Origin: Chiloscyllium plagiosum
Taxonomy: Eukaryota
Length of the DNA stretch: 39,843 nucleotides
Direction: 5' to 3'
Assembly: GCF_004010195.1 (NCBI RefSeq)
Contig: NC_057755.1
Location: forward strand, 7,674,776 to 7,714,618
Shown one piece after another: positions 23,263 through 33,755 of this stretch (positions are counted from its first letter, which is position 1; each line of letters opens with the position of its first letter). A program made the translations under genes and the position numbers. The notes below the pieces were generated by a model that worked only from the letters and a program-made list of their open reading frames with translations, was not told the DNA's origin and ran no database searches.

Positions 23263-24333
23263 TGTGACCATACTGTGGCTTTAAGACATGCTAGAATATT
23301 TTTTTTTGAAGAGAGGTTTTAAGGCAGAGGTGGTGAGCTGTCTACCACGGTCACTAGGGTGAACAGTTTGTGAGGCCTTGGATTTTTTTAAAACGTTGGA
23401 ACCATAAAAGTAGCCTGAAGGGGTGTTGGCAAACTCCCACTGAGCCATGACTTTCAGGTTTAGCTTTCAGCATTTGCTGTTGGGTCTTGATGAAGTGGAA
23501 GCTATTTTTATTCCGCTGTCTCTGTTATAGTCAAAAGCTGGGCTGTTCTCTTATTGCTACTGGAGTTGCATGTGAGACCATCTGTTTTCTGAATTTGCCT
23601 TTTTTGCCAAGAGTAAGTTTGTGGGATGTTACTATATTGGAACAGTTAATTAGTAATAGTTACCACATCTATTATTCTGTTATGACATCACCAACCCAAA
23701 GAAACCCAAACATTTAAATGGAAAGCAGGAATTTTCAGCAGTGCTTCACCTGAGACCCACTGAAGCAGTTACCTAGTAGGACGACGAAATGTCTGGAAAT
23801 GAACAGATTACAGATTACATTACAGTGTGGAAACAAGTCCACACCGCCCCGCCGAAGCGCAACCCACCCATACCTCTACATTTACACCTTACCTAACACT
23901 ACGGGCAATTTAGCATGGCCAATTCACCTGACCTGCACATCTTTGGACTGTGGGAGGAAACCGGAGCACCCGGAGGAAACCCACGCAGACACGGGGAGAA
24001 CGTGCAAACTCCACACAGTCAGTCGCCTGAGGTGGGAATTGAACCCGGGTCTCAGGCGCTGTGAGGCAACAGTGCTAACCACTGGGGCACCGTGAACCTT
24101 CCAGTTCAGCGAGCAAACCAAATTCATTCTGTTAAATTTTTATAATTCCTTCTTTATTTTGTTTAGTTTAACTATAGCAGATGAATAAAGTATGTTTTGC
24201 TTAATGTCAAGTGGCTTAACTAATCGAATTGCATCTGGAGTGCAACACCTTACATTTACCTTTAAAATAAGAAAAGGTTAAGGTCCAGACTTTCTTCTGA
24301 AAATTTTGAGGGGGTTTGATCTGGTCCATAACA
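23263..24333. mobile_element. Solo LTR-like element with nested Penelope fragment (about 23682-24125) and HE1 SINE (23805-24093, -)
   Basis: TGTGACC...CCATAACA ends with a near TSD GATTG/AATTG. The Penelope piece is flanked by ATTCTGTTA and the SINE by TGAAC. Confidence 0.6.
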
Positions 24334-24566
24334 AATTGATAACATTATTAAAGGAATGGAGTTTTCCTTCTGTAATTGATTAGTGATGTTCAGAATCGGA
24401 AATCTAAATTGGACACAATTACAGGATTTGAAGTGGATCTTTTCAGGACATGGTCATGAAATTCAACAATTGCGCATGTACGACGAGCCAGTGCAATTTA
24501 AGGTGGGTTAAGGCAAGTCATCATTGAAGTATGGATTTATAAGGAATGAAAAGTTGAAGCTGCAAC

Positions 24567-24795
24567 ATGGTTTCCTCCAGGCATTCTGGTTTCCTCCCAC
24601 AGTGCAAAGATGTGCAAGTTAGATGGCTTGGCCATGTTAAATTACCCATAGTGTCCAGTGATCTGCAGGCTAGGTGGGTTAGCCATGGGAAATGTGGGGT
24701 TACAGGTTTAGGGTGGGGGTGGGATGTTCTTCAGAAGGTCAACGTGGACTCAATGGATCGAATGGTCTGATTCCACACTGTAGGGACTCTACAAT
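24567..24795 (+). mobile_element. Older HE1-like SINE, 5'-truncated
   Basis: GGTTTCCTCCCACAGTGCAAAGATGTGCAAGTTAG ... TTCCACACTGTAGGGA. Confidence 0.75.
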
Positions 24796-25556
24796 TCCAA
24801 GCTTCTATGAGGTTGTCTGTCATTTGTAGATGAAGGGACATTGAAATGTTGAATGTGTTGTCAATGTCTGTAATTAACAAAGTCCACAGAGGATTGATTA
24901 CATTTAGTTAGGGATGGATACTGACATATGCAAAGAATTGAGAATGTCAATCCAGAAGTGAGAGAGTGAGGGGGATGGTTTGCTCAGGTGGCTGGAACAA
25001 TGCAAAGAGATGTCAACAGCATGGGTTCAACTTCCACATGGGCCAAGGTTCTCAAAAGGACTCTCCTCCCGAGAGGCATGTTCACCCTTAAGCTAAACTA
25101 TCACCTCATGAGAGAGAAGTCCTCTGCTACAATAGCACAATGGCAATTTTAGCTTAATTGCAAAAATGAGCATTGAAGCAACAAATTTATAATATTTACA
25201 TGGACACGACACAAATGTAAAATGGTTGAGGCCTTTATATGCCCTTCTGCTCTGAAATCTAAGACTGTTTAATAATATCCAGACTGGAATGGACACTGGA
25301 ACACAATTGCATTTGTACTGGATTGGATAAACTATGGAACACATAGTACGCTGATAATCTTTATTAAGTTTTTTAAAATTTATTCACAGGGTGTGAGTAG
25401 TATTGGCCAGGACAGCATTTGTTGTCTATGCCTAATTGCCAAGAAGGCAGTGGAGAGTTAACCACATTGCTGGAATCACCCTGTGGGGCAGACCAGGTTA
25501 TGGATGGCTGTTTCCTTCCCTACTGGACAATAGAGGGCCAAATGGGTTTCCCAACA

Positions 25557-25830
25557 ATGTTCCACAGGGATCGGTTCTGGGTCCTCTTTTGTTTGTCATT
25601 TGTATACACAATTTGGATAAGAATATCAAAAACATGGTTAGTAAGTTTGCAGAAGGCACCAAATGAGTGGCATCGTAGATAGTGAAGAAGGTTTCCTAAG
25701 ATTACAAAGGGATCTTGCTCAAATGGGTCAATGGGCTGGAAAAATGGCAGATGGAGTTCCATCTGGATAAGTGGATATTTCAGTTTGATACAGCAAACAA
25801 GGGTTGGGCTTATACTATTAATGGTAGGGA
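25557..25830 (+). mobile_element. CR1 RT fragment
   Basis: VPQGSVLGPLLFVICIHNLD..VSKFAEGTK. Confidence 0.85.
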
Positions 25831-25899
25831 CAAACATTGTCAATAAATTCTCATTGAGCACCAATCGGGTCTTATTGCATCGTCTTTTGGAATACTCAC

Positions 25900-25952
25900 A
25901 GAAGGGTATCGTAGCTTTCCATCACGACCATAGTCTTTGGCTTCCCCTTTAA
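25900..25952 (-). CDS. Candidate pre-TM1 exon of the MS4A-like gene (53 bp, phase 1-0)
   Basis: Acceptor atttctttcAG and donor TCT/GTGAGT. Reads (x)KGEAKDYGRDGKLRYPS and splices in frame to 22723. KGEAK..G resembles the MS4A juxtamembrane KGEPKVLG. Confidence 0.55.
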
Positions 25953-26469
25953 CTGAAAGAAATCAATGTATGGAAAACATTTCATCTTCAGGAAATCAAA
26001 ATAGGTTTCTGATATTCTATCAGCAATGATCCTTGCATATTTATTCAAAGTCTTTGCAATATTCAAAGCTTAGGTTATTGATATACATCATTTGATCTTG
26101 ATTTAAATCCCTATCTCGAGCCCAGATGAGACAAGAGATTGCTTCGAGTCATGCAACATAGAGAGAGACCCTTCGGCCCACCAAACACCAAACATTTACC
26201 TGGAACTTGGTCGATAGCCTACTGTATGCTGACACTTTAAGATTCTTCAGAAATGTTGTAAGAGTTTCTGCCTCCCCAGCCTCTCAGCAAGCACATTCCC
26301 CCGTATTTCTACCATCCTCTGGGTGAAAAGATTCTGCCCTCAGATCCCAGTTACGCCTCACCTTAAACTTATACCCTCTTAGGTATCTCTGCCATGGGGA
26401 TGAAATTCCCATGATCCACTCTGTCTGTGCTGGTTTAGATTCTATGTCAGGGCCTGACTTTAGATGTAG

Positions 26470-26563
26470 GGCTGAAAATGTGTTGCTGGAAAAGCGCAGC
26501 AGGTCAGGCAGCATCCAGGGAACAGGAGAATCGACGTTTCGGGCATAAGCCCTTCTTCAGGAA
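26470..26563 (-). mobile_element. Short Penelope cassette with an intact minimal hammerhead motif
   Basis: Minus strand reads UUC-CUGAAGA-AGGGC-UUAU-GCCC-GAAA-CGUC-GAUUC (about 26528-26563). Flanked by an AGATGTAGGG duplication. Confidence 0.8.
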
Positions 26564-26787
26564 GATGTAGGGCCCTTCCTCAAAATCCTCACAGACAGCA
26601 TTTCCATTGAAGTCACTCCGCATTTGCTTACACAGAACAGGACGTAAACATGGGTCGAAGGAGACAAAGCCTCAGTGAGAAGTGACCGAGTGAATGGAAG
26701 TGTGTAACTTAGCTGTGTAAGCAGCTTGAGAGAGTAACAGGTCCACTAGGTGAGCGGTCAGGGTGGTAGCATGTACAGGAGGTCGTG

Positions 26788-27185
26788 TAGTCATAGAGAT
26801 GTACAGAACAACTCGCCCATGTTGAGCAGATATCCTAAATTAATCGAGTCCTATTTGCCAGCATTTGGCCCATATCCCTCTGAATCCTTCCTAGTCATTT
26901 ACGCATGCAGATGGATTTTTAATGCTGTCATTGTACCAACCCCCACCACTTCCTCACCCACTGTGTGAAAAAGCTCCCACTCAAGTCCTTTTTAAATCAT
27001 TACGCATGCAGATGGATTTTTAATGCTGTCATTGTACCAACCCCACCACTTCCTCTGGCAGCTCATTCCATACACGCTCCACCCACTGTGTGAAAAAGCT
27101 CCCACTCAAGTCCTTTTTAAATCATTTTCCTCTCACCTCAAACCTATGCCCTCTAGTTTCGGACTTCCCCATTCCGGGGGAAAGA
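26788..27185 (-). mobile_element. CR1 3' fragment with internal tandem duplication
   Basis: CR1 tail motifs. TCATTTACGCATGCAGATGG...CCACTTCCTC and CCCACTGTGTGAAAAAG...TTTTAAATCAT each occur twice. Confidence 0.8.
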
Positions 27186-27279
27186 TCTCGGTTATACATG
27201 CTACCCCATATTGCTCATGCGGGAAAGGAACGGGCAGGAAGACTGGGTTTGGACTGTCACTCAAGAGTGCTTGGCTTAC

Positions 27280-27386
27280 TTTTATACTCTAACTTTTCCT
27301 GGGTTACTCTCCACGTAATTGTTTCTGAATCCTCCGAAGCTCCCCGACTCCAGCCTTTGATTTAATGGTTTCTATTGCAGAGTAAT
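27280..27386 (-). other. Candidate linker exon (107 bp; frame broken unless one G is added in the G-run at 27342-27345)
   Basis: Acceptor attgacAG and donor AA/GTAAGC. Phase-1 entry gives NYSAIETIKSKAGVG, and the shifted frame ASEDSETITWRVTQEKLEYK exits in phase 1. Confidence 0.3.
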
Positions 27387-27601
27387 CTGTCAATCATAAG
27401 GTTCAACTCTCAGGTCATCTCCATATCGTTAGTGCATTGCAACCCCAATGGGGCTAAACCTCCCTCATTTCCTGACGCGATCGCTTTTCCAATCAGCTGG
27501 GTGTTTATCTGAGTTTTGAAAAGTATGGCCAATGCATCTTTTAGCTCACCGGACACTTCCCATTCACCTTGAGATGGTGACCAGAATATTTAAATACTCA
27601 C

Positions 27602-27787
27602 TTGAGGTCCAGATGTTTGCTTTTATTTTTCTCTTATTGATTGGCTGCTTTAACTCTGAATCTTGGACATCTTCGAACGATAGTTGATCTTGATGACTCA
27701 AGCAGAGCACTGATTGTTTCCTGTATCCATCAAGTTCATCAAGGCCCTGCACAGATAGGGATACCACTGAATCTCTGCGACAGTATT
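27602..27787 (-). CDS. Candidate linker exon (186 bp, phase 1-1)
   Basis: Strong donor A/GTGAGT but weak NAGNAG acceptor. Open frame EYCRRDSVVSLSVQGLDELDGYRKQSVLCLSHQDQLSFEDVQDSELKQPINKRKIKANIWTS. Splices in frame to the 53-bp exon. Confidence 0.45.
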
Positions 27788-28901
27788 CTGCTTGGAAATC
27801 CACCACGTGAACTATACAGCAACTGCAGGGGGAGGATTATATTACACATTCTCCAGAACAATGAAAGATGGGAAAAAAATTGAATTCCTCCTCCACACCC
27901 CTCACAACTCCAAAACAGGCAAAGGGTTCTGAAAGGCAAATCTTCTGGAAGGAAGAAAAGACAATCCAAACAGATTTCATACGGCATGTCTGACTAATAG
28001 AGTTCAATGTTTGAGGAGATAAATGGAGAGTTGATGAAGGAAATGCATTTGGTGTGGATGTTCGAAAGGTTATTGATAAGATCCCACTGTCTTGGAAAGT
28101 AAAACCTTACAAGCCAAGGGAGAAGAGCAAATTGGATTGAAAGTTCTCTCAACTCTACGCAGCCACCCACATACTTGACCTACCTCCCGATGTCACCAGC
28201 ACTAGCTCAAACCTCCACACACCCGTTGGCCCATTCACCAATGTTAGAACCGAACCTATGACAGGCATGTCCATCAAGAAACATGACTGGTTTTCCCCGT
28301 GTTGTGCTCTACTCTTTTGGAGGTCTCCAATGGACGCTGTCCTGCATATTTATCACAAAGTGGAGTTCATAAACATGGAAGTGTTTGGAACTGGTGGAAA
28401 ATCAAAGTGAATTGAACAGAATGACAGTCAACTCTGTCATGACAGGTTAAATTTGAAAAGGGCTTGATGGAGGAGACAGAGGGAGGTTGTTGCCTCGAGT
28501 TTTCAAACGGTTGGTTTGAAATGGAGGAGCCTTTTAGAACATCTACATCAAATGCACTGCCTTCATCAACTCTCCATTTAAACTCCTCAAACATTCTAAC
28601 CCTCTTTGTCAGACAAGATATGCATTGAATCATTTACAAAAACGGTGAGGAAATATTTCTTCATTGAGCAGCTTTGCATTTCCTCTGTCAGATTGTTGTG
28701 ATGCTATTTAATGTTCAACAGAACTAGCATCTGTCAGGAAATTATTATCCATGTCAAGTTGTCAAAGAACCTCAGTCAGGATCATGATAGAACTGGTTAA
28801 AGGAGGAGTATGATCTGATCCTACTCATATCTGTTATGTGCTTTGCATTTTTTTTTATTCTGGTAGGACACATTTTATTGTTAAATGTGAACCAGATTCA
28901 C

Positions 28902-28928
28902 CGAATTGGTTTCTGTCATTATTCTGTC
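28902..28928 (-). other. Candidate 27-bp micro-exon
   Basis: Acceptor tatttcctgttattAGcAG and donor TCG/GTGAAT. Open in phase 0 (DRIMTETNS) and phase 1 (GQNNDRNQF). Confidence 0.3.
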
Positions 28929-29479
28929 CTGCTAATAACAGGAAATAATTGAGTGAGACCTGTTTCCTGTAGACAGCTTATCTGCTTGAATCCCATGAAA
29001 TCTCAAGTAGACTGACTGTATAGAAATTGCTTCCAATTAGTAAGGCACACAGGCGAAGGGATACAAGGTCATAAGACCATAAGGCCACTTGGCCCATTGA
29101 GTCAACTCTGCCATTTGATCATGGCTGGTATGTTTCTCAATCCCACTCTCCTGCCTTCTCCCCGTCACCTTACTAAGCATGAACCTATCGATCTTTGCCT
29201 CAAAGCCACTCAATGACTTGACCTCCACAGCCTTCTGCGGCGATGATTTCTATGGATTTACCACCCTCCAACTGTAGAAATCTCTCGGAAACATTCCTCA
29301 ACTATGTGAGACCGAAATTCAGAAGACCTTTCTCGCCGAGCAGATTGAATGATCACCTCCAGCAACTTCTTATATTTTAAGAGACAACTCGAACGTGTGA
29401 AGAGAACATGAAAGAAGTGGAAAACCCGAAAAAGGTTAAGTTGACACCATCCATACAACAAGAAACCGGAGGTCACCAG

Positions 29480-29811
29480 GAATAGAATCCCTACAGTGTG
29501 GGAACAGTCCCTTTGGCCCATCAAGCCCACACTATTCCTCCGGAGAGCATTCCCCCCTCCAAACCCAGCCCACCTATCCTGCATTTCCCAGTGGCTAATC
29601 TACCTAGGCTACACATCCCTGGACACTATCGCCAGTTTAGAATGACCAATCCACCTAGCCTGTGCATCTTTGGACTATGGGAGGAAAACGGAGTGCCTGG
29701 GGGAAACACAGACTTGCGGAGTGTGTGCAAAATCCACACAGAAAGTCGCTCGAGGCTGGAATTGAACCCATGTCCATGGTGCTGTGAGGCAGCAGTGTTA
29801 ACCACTGAGCC
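29480..29811 (-). mobile_element. HE1-type V-SINE (older)
   Basis: Head, V-domain and tail on the minus strand. Confidence 0.85.
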
Positions 29812-29964
29812 TTCTATAATCTGCCATGTGAACTTAGCACATTAGCGACCTGTTATTCCCCAGGGTCTACAATTCCAAAGCAAACGCTTGGCTCAAAATA
29901 CTCAAATCTTCCGGCTGCAAGAAAAGCACCAATTGAGTTTTGGAAAAAGGAAAATCGAAATTAC

Positions 29965-30201
29965 CTCTCCCCCTATCAGCTTGTCCACCAGATCCATTCG
30001 TGGAATGTTTCCCAGAATAGTCACAACCACCTTTGATGCTTTCTCCTTGTCCTTGTAGAATTTCTTCAGCAGCTCCGCCACCTTGAAAGCGTCGGCATTT
30101 TCTAGTTTGCCAGCTGGTACCCGGTGCTCTCCCAATAAGTGCCTGAAGCGTTTCATCTCCTCTTCTGTCAAATCCTCTAGAATTAGATGAATTTTGTCCA
30201 T
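29965..30201 (-). CDS. Pyrin domain (PYD, death-fold) exon; probable first coding exon
   Basis: MDKIHLILEDLTEEEMKRFRHLLGEHRVPAGKLENADAFKVAELLKKFYKDKEKASKVVVTILGNIPRMDLVDKLIGGE fits the PYD pattern LE.L...E.K.F..L...IP.G.LE.AD...LA.LL...Y....A..V...IL..I.R.DL...L. Acceptor tttctttcAG 6 nt before a good Kozak gtcATGg; donor GAG/GTAATT (phase 0). Confidence 0.9.
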
Positions 30202-30459
30202 GACCTCCTGAAAGAAATATGGAGATGTGCTGCATTTGTCATACGATATCGTGGTGTAGAACTTTCAAAGAGGATAAAAAGTGACACCGATTTTTGGCAA
30301 CGCAATATTAATGCTCGATTCAATGAGACTGTGTCGAATTTCCCATCACCCAGTGCACAGATCTCAGTAGCTCCATGTCCCATCATTTATAAATGTTATC
30401 AATCTCAGTTTTGAACACTCCAAAAAGGTGACACTTAATAACAGAAGAGCAAGAGTAGG

Positions 30460-31470
30460 CAGGTAGGAGGCTGGAAAAACACAGCAAGCCAGGCAGCATG
30501 AGAAGGTGGAGAAATCAACATTTCAGGCACAACCTTTCTTCAGGACTGGCGGTGGGGGGTAAGGGGAGCTCCAAATAAACGGGGTGGTGGTGGGCTGGGA
30601 ATAGGTGAACACTGGTAGATTGGTCAAGGGGAGGAATGAACCCAGTTGGTGGTTGGGAGGAAGGGTCAATGAGAGGAATGGAAGGGAGGAGGGGAGGGTC
30701 TAGCATGACAAGGACATGCGAGCCTGCTTCATCATTAACGCAACCATAGCTGGTCTCATCTCGGCCTCAACTCCACTTTCCTGCCCGCTCACTATAACTC
30801 TTCAACCTGTTACTCATTAGACATTTGCCTTGTTAAAATTACTCAACACCCCTGCATCTACCACACTCCAGGCTAGTACATTCTACACATTCATGAACCA
30901 AGTAATTTCCCCTCCTCCAATCTGCTACCCCTTATCCTAAAATGATGACCTGTTCGAGTTTGGCCCAAATGAGGAAACATCCTTTCCATGGAGAAAGTGA
31001 GGTCTGCAGATGCCGGAGATCAGAGCTGAAAATGTGTTGCTGGAAAAGCGCAGCAGGTCAGGCAGCATCCAGGGAACAGGAGAATCGACGTTTTGGGCAT
31101 AAGCCCTTCTTCAGGAATGAGGAAGAAGGGTTTATGCCCGAAACGTCGATTCTCCTGTTCCCTGGATGCTGCCTGACCTGCTGCGCTTTTCCAGCAACAC
31201 ATTTTCAGCAACCAACATCCTTTCCATGTCTGCTTTGGTAATCCCCTTTATAGACTTCAATCAGACCTCCTCTCATTCTTTCAAATTCCAAAGAGTATCA
31301 GCCTAAACCTCTTAAGACAAGCCCTTTACCTCTGGGGTCAATCTAGACAAAGTGCTCCAGGCTGCCTCCAATTACACAGCATCACTCCTCAAGTAAAAGG
31401 ACCAAAACTATCTGTAATACTCGAGATGAGCGCTTACTAATGCCTTGTATTGTTGCAGAAAGACTTCTTG
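30460..31470 (-). mobile_element. Penelope pseudo-LTR fragment (30460-30710) and CR1 3' fragment (30715-31470) containing a palindromic Penelope cassette (30991-31213)
   Basis: The cassette arms are near-perfect inverted repeats with a 15-bp duplication AACATCCTTTCCATG (30976-30990, 31214-31228). Confidence 0.8.
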
Positions 31471-32736
31471 ATTTTTATATTCTGTCTGTCAACAATGCCA
31501 AAATTCAAATGGCCAAGGCAGATTTCACTCAAATAATACCAACCCAGACATTCACCAAATTTCATTACAGTCCTACTACAAGGCAAAACAATCCAGTCCT
31601 TCACTTTGAAGATCTATCATTGAAAAATCAGTCTTGTGCTCAGACTGGTTCGTGCCTTGGAAAGTTCAATCTTCTCTCCCTACACCAGGTTCTGACAGAC
31701 CTTTGACACTGCCCCTAGGCATCAAATTACTGCCATATTTTCAGCTTTTATCAAACTCAGACCATAGAGCTGTTCCTGATTCTCTCAACACCCCAGTATG
31801 TTACAGCTGCACCAAGCAAATTCTGTTTGGAGGTTTCCTTCAGTGTCTCCCCTTCCACTGTCAGCTGCACTCAACTTCTGATATCTCTCAGAGACATGTG
31901 CTGCCCTAAATCCCTAGAAGGTGACTTGTACAGCCTAAAACCTGTTTTTTTTCAATTCTGTCAATGGTCACTTCCAAGCTACAACCAATCTCACCCTGCA
32001 AGCATTCCAATCCATTCATTTTCAGCTCCATCCATCTGCATGACAAACTAGCCTTTTGCGGATGGCTCCGACCTAAGAAAAACTTTTGAATGTTTAACTT
32101 TCTTTCTTTATTTTTCTATGCCGTCCCGAAGATTTTGTGCCTGGGTACCTTTGTACCTAAGATGGTGCCGGGAAAGGTGACATTGTACACTTTTCACTGT
32201 ACTCACGTGCTTCTGTATACATGAAACAAATTCTAATTCATGGAACCCCTACAGTGTAGAAGTAGGCCATTTGGCCCATCAAGTTGGCGCTAACCCCTCA
32301 GAGGAGCAAAGGGCTTTTGCCCGAAACGTCGATTTTACTGCTCCTTGGATGCTGCCTGAACTGCTGTGCTCTTCCAGCACCACTAATCCACATTCCATCA
32401 CCCTACCCTATCCCTGTAATCCTGAATTTCCTAAGGCTAACCCACCTAACCAGCAGTTGAATAGTGAAGCAGGCTCGATGGGCCAAATGGTTCTAATGGT
32501 CTTCTGGTCTTACATCACTTCCTGAGCAACTTAAGATGCATTCATCTGAACTGGGCAATTTGTTAACTGTCAGTGCTTTGAAGTGTTCAGTTATTTCTTG
32601 CTGTCAATTATAAGTTCTGAGCAATATTTCTGTCCTTATTCTCCACATTAGCTTCACTCTCTTCAACTGTGAGATCAAATGAATAGCCTGTGTTCCTTAC
32701 TTCAGTTGTAGCCATCAGAAACCCCCTTGTTCTCAC

Positions 32737-32780
32737 CGAGCTGTTAAATCGGGCATTTGACAACTATTTTACTTTTACGT
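32737..32780 (-). other. Candidate non-coding 5' UTR exon (44 bp)
   Basis: Acceptor atttttctttccAG and donor TCG/GTGAGA, with stops in all three frames. Confidence 0.3.
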
Positions 32781-32914
32781 CTGGAAAGAAAAATGCATGC
32801 ATTCCTGCAATGACTGATGTCTGCTAAATCTGTCACTTTACACTTCCTATATGATTTCTCAATGTCTTGCTCCACTGTCTGCATTCTGCAGGATTTCAAT
32901 GAAATCTCGACATG

Positions 32915-33755
32915 GAAATAGAACATAGAATAGTGCAGAGCAGGACAGGCCCTTCGGCCCTTGATGTTGTGTCGACCTTTTATCCTACTCTAAGATCAAA
33001 CAAACCGACATAATGTTCAATTTACTATCATTCGTGTGTCGATCCAAGAGTCCTTAATGTGTATGACTCTACTGCCACTGCTGGCAGTGCATTCCACATA
33101 CCCACCACTCTCTGTGTAAACAACCTACCTCTGACATCTCCCCTGAGCCTTCTTCCAATCGCCCTGAAATTATGCCCTCTTGTGACAGCCATCCCTGCCC
33201 TGGGAAAAAAGGCTCTGATTTTCACTCTATCTTTTGATTCCAGCCTCAGGTGATTGTCTGTGTGGAGTTTGCACATTTTCCCTGCATCTGCGTGGATTTC
33301 CTGCGGGTGCTCCGGTTTCCTCCAAAGATGCGTAAGTTAGGTGGATTGACCATGCTAAATTGCCCATGGTGTTCAGGGATGCGTGGGTTGGGTGCATTAG
33401 TCAGGTGAAAATGTGGAGTAATAGGGTCGAGGTGGGATACTCTTCGGAGGGTCAGTGTGGGCTCTGAAGCTCAAAAGGGCCAAATGGCCTCTTTTCACGC
33501 TGTAGGGATTCTTTTCTATGAAGCTATGCCCCTCACCATCTTGTACACGTCTATCAGGTCACGTCTCATCCTTCTTTGGTGCAGTGAGAAAAGCCCAATC
33601 TCCCTCAACCTTTCTGCATAAGGCATTCTCTTTAGTCCAGGCAGCATCCTGGTAAATCTCCTCTGTACCCTCTCTAAAGCTTCCACATCCTTCCTATAAT
33701 GAGGCAACCAGAATTAGACACAATATTCCAAGTGTGATATAACCAGAACTCTATA
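32915..33755 (-). mobile_element. CR1 3' end with an HE1 SINE fragment (33235-33512, +) inserted
   Basis: PHYRKDVEALERVQRRFTRMLPGL and FTQRVVGMWNALP, with tail CTATGTTCTATT. Confidence 0.85.

Noticed and set aside
25926..25985. Independent MS4A start MKCFPYIDFFQLKGKPKTMV in the alternative frame
   Set aside because: It needs a weak GTGATG donor and overlaps a strong internal acceptor/donor pair. Not fully excluded; if real, it would make the MS4A part a separate gene.
27715..27760. VQGLDEL as a NACHT Walker B motif, which would make the PYD gene an NLRP
   Set aside because: No preceding hydrophobic strand, no Walker A and no large NACHT exon anywhere in the window.
29867..29914. Strong acceptor (ttttcttgcAG) just after the PYD donor, giving PEDLSILSQAFALEL*
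   Set aside because: The implied intron is only 50 nt, shorter than is usual for vertebrate splicing.
30942..31241. Recurrent peptide MCCWKSAAGQAAS...GCCLTCCAFPA on both strands, resembling a Cys-rich protein family
   Set aside because: It is the translation of the non-coding palindromic Penelope cassette, hence the same peptide on both strands.
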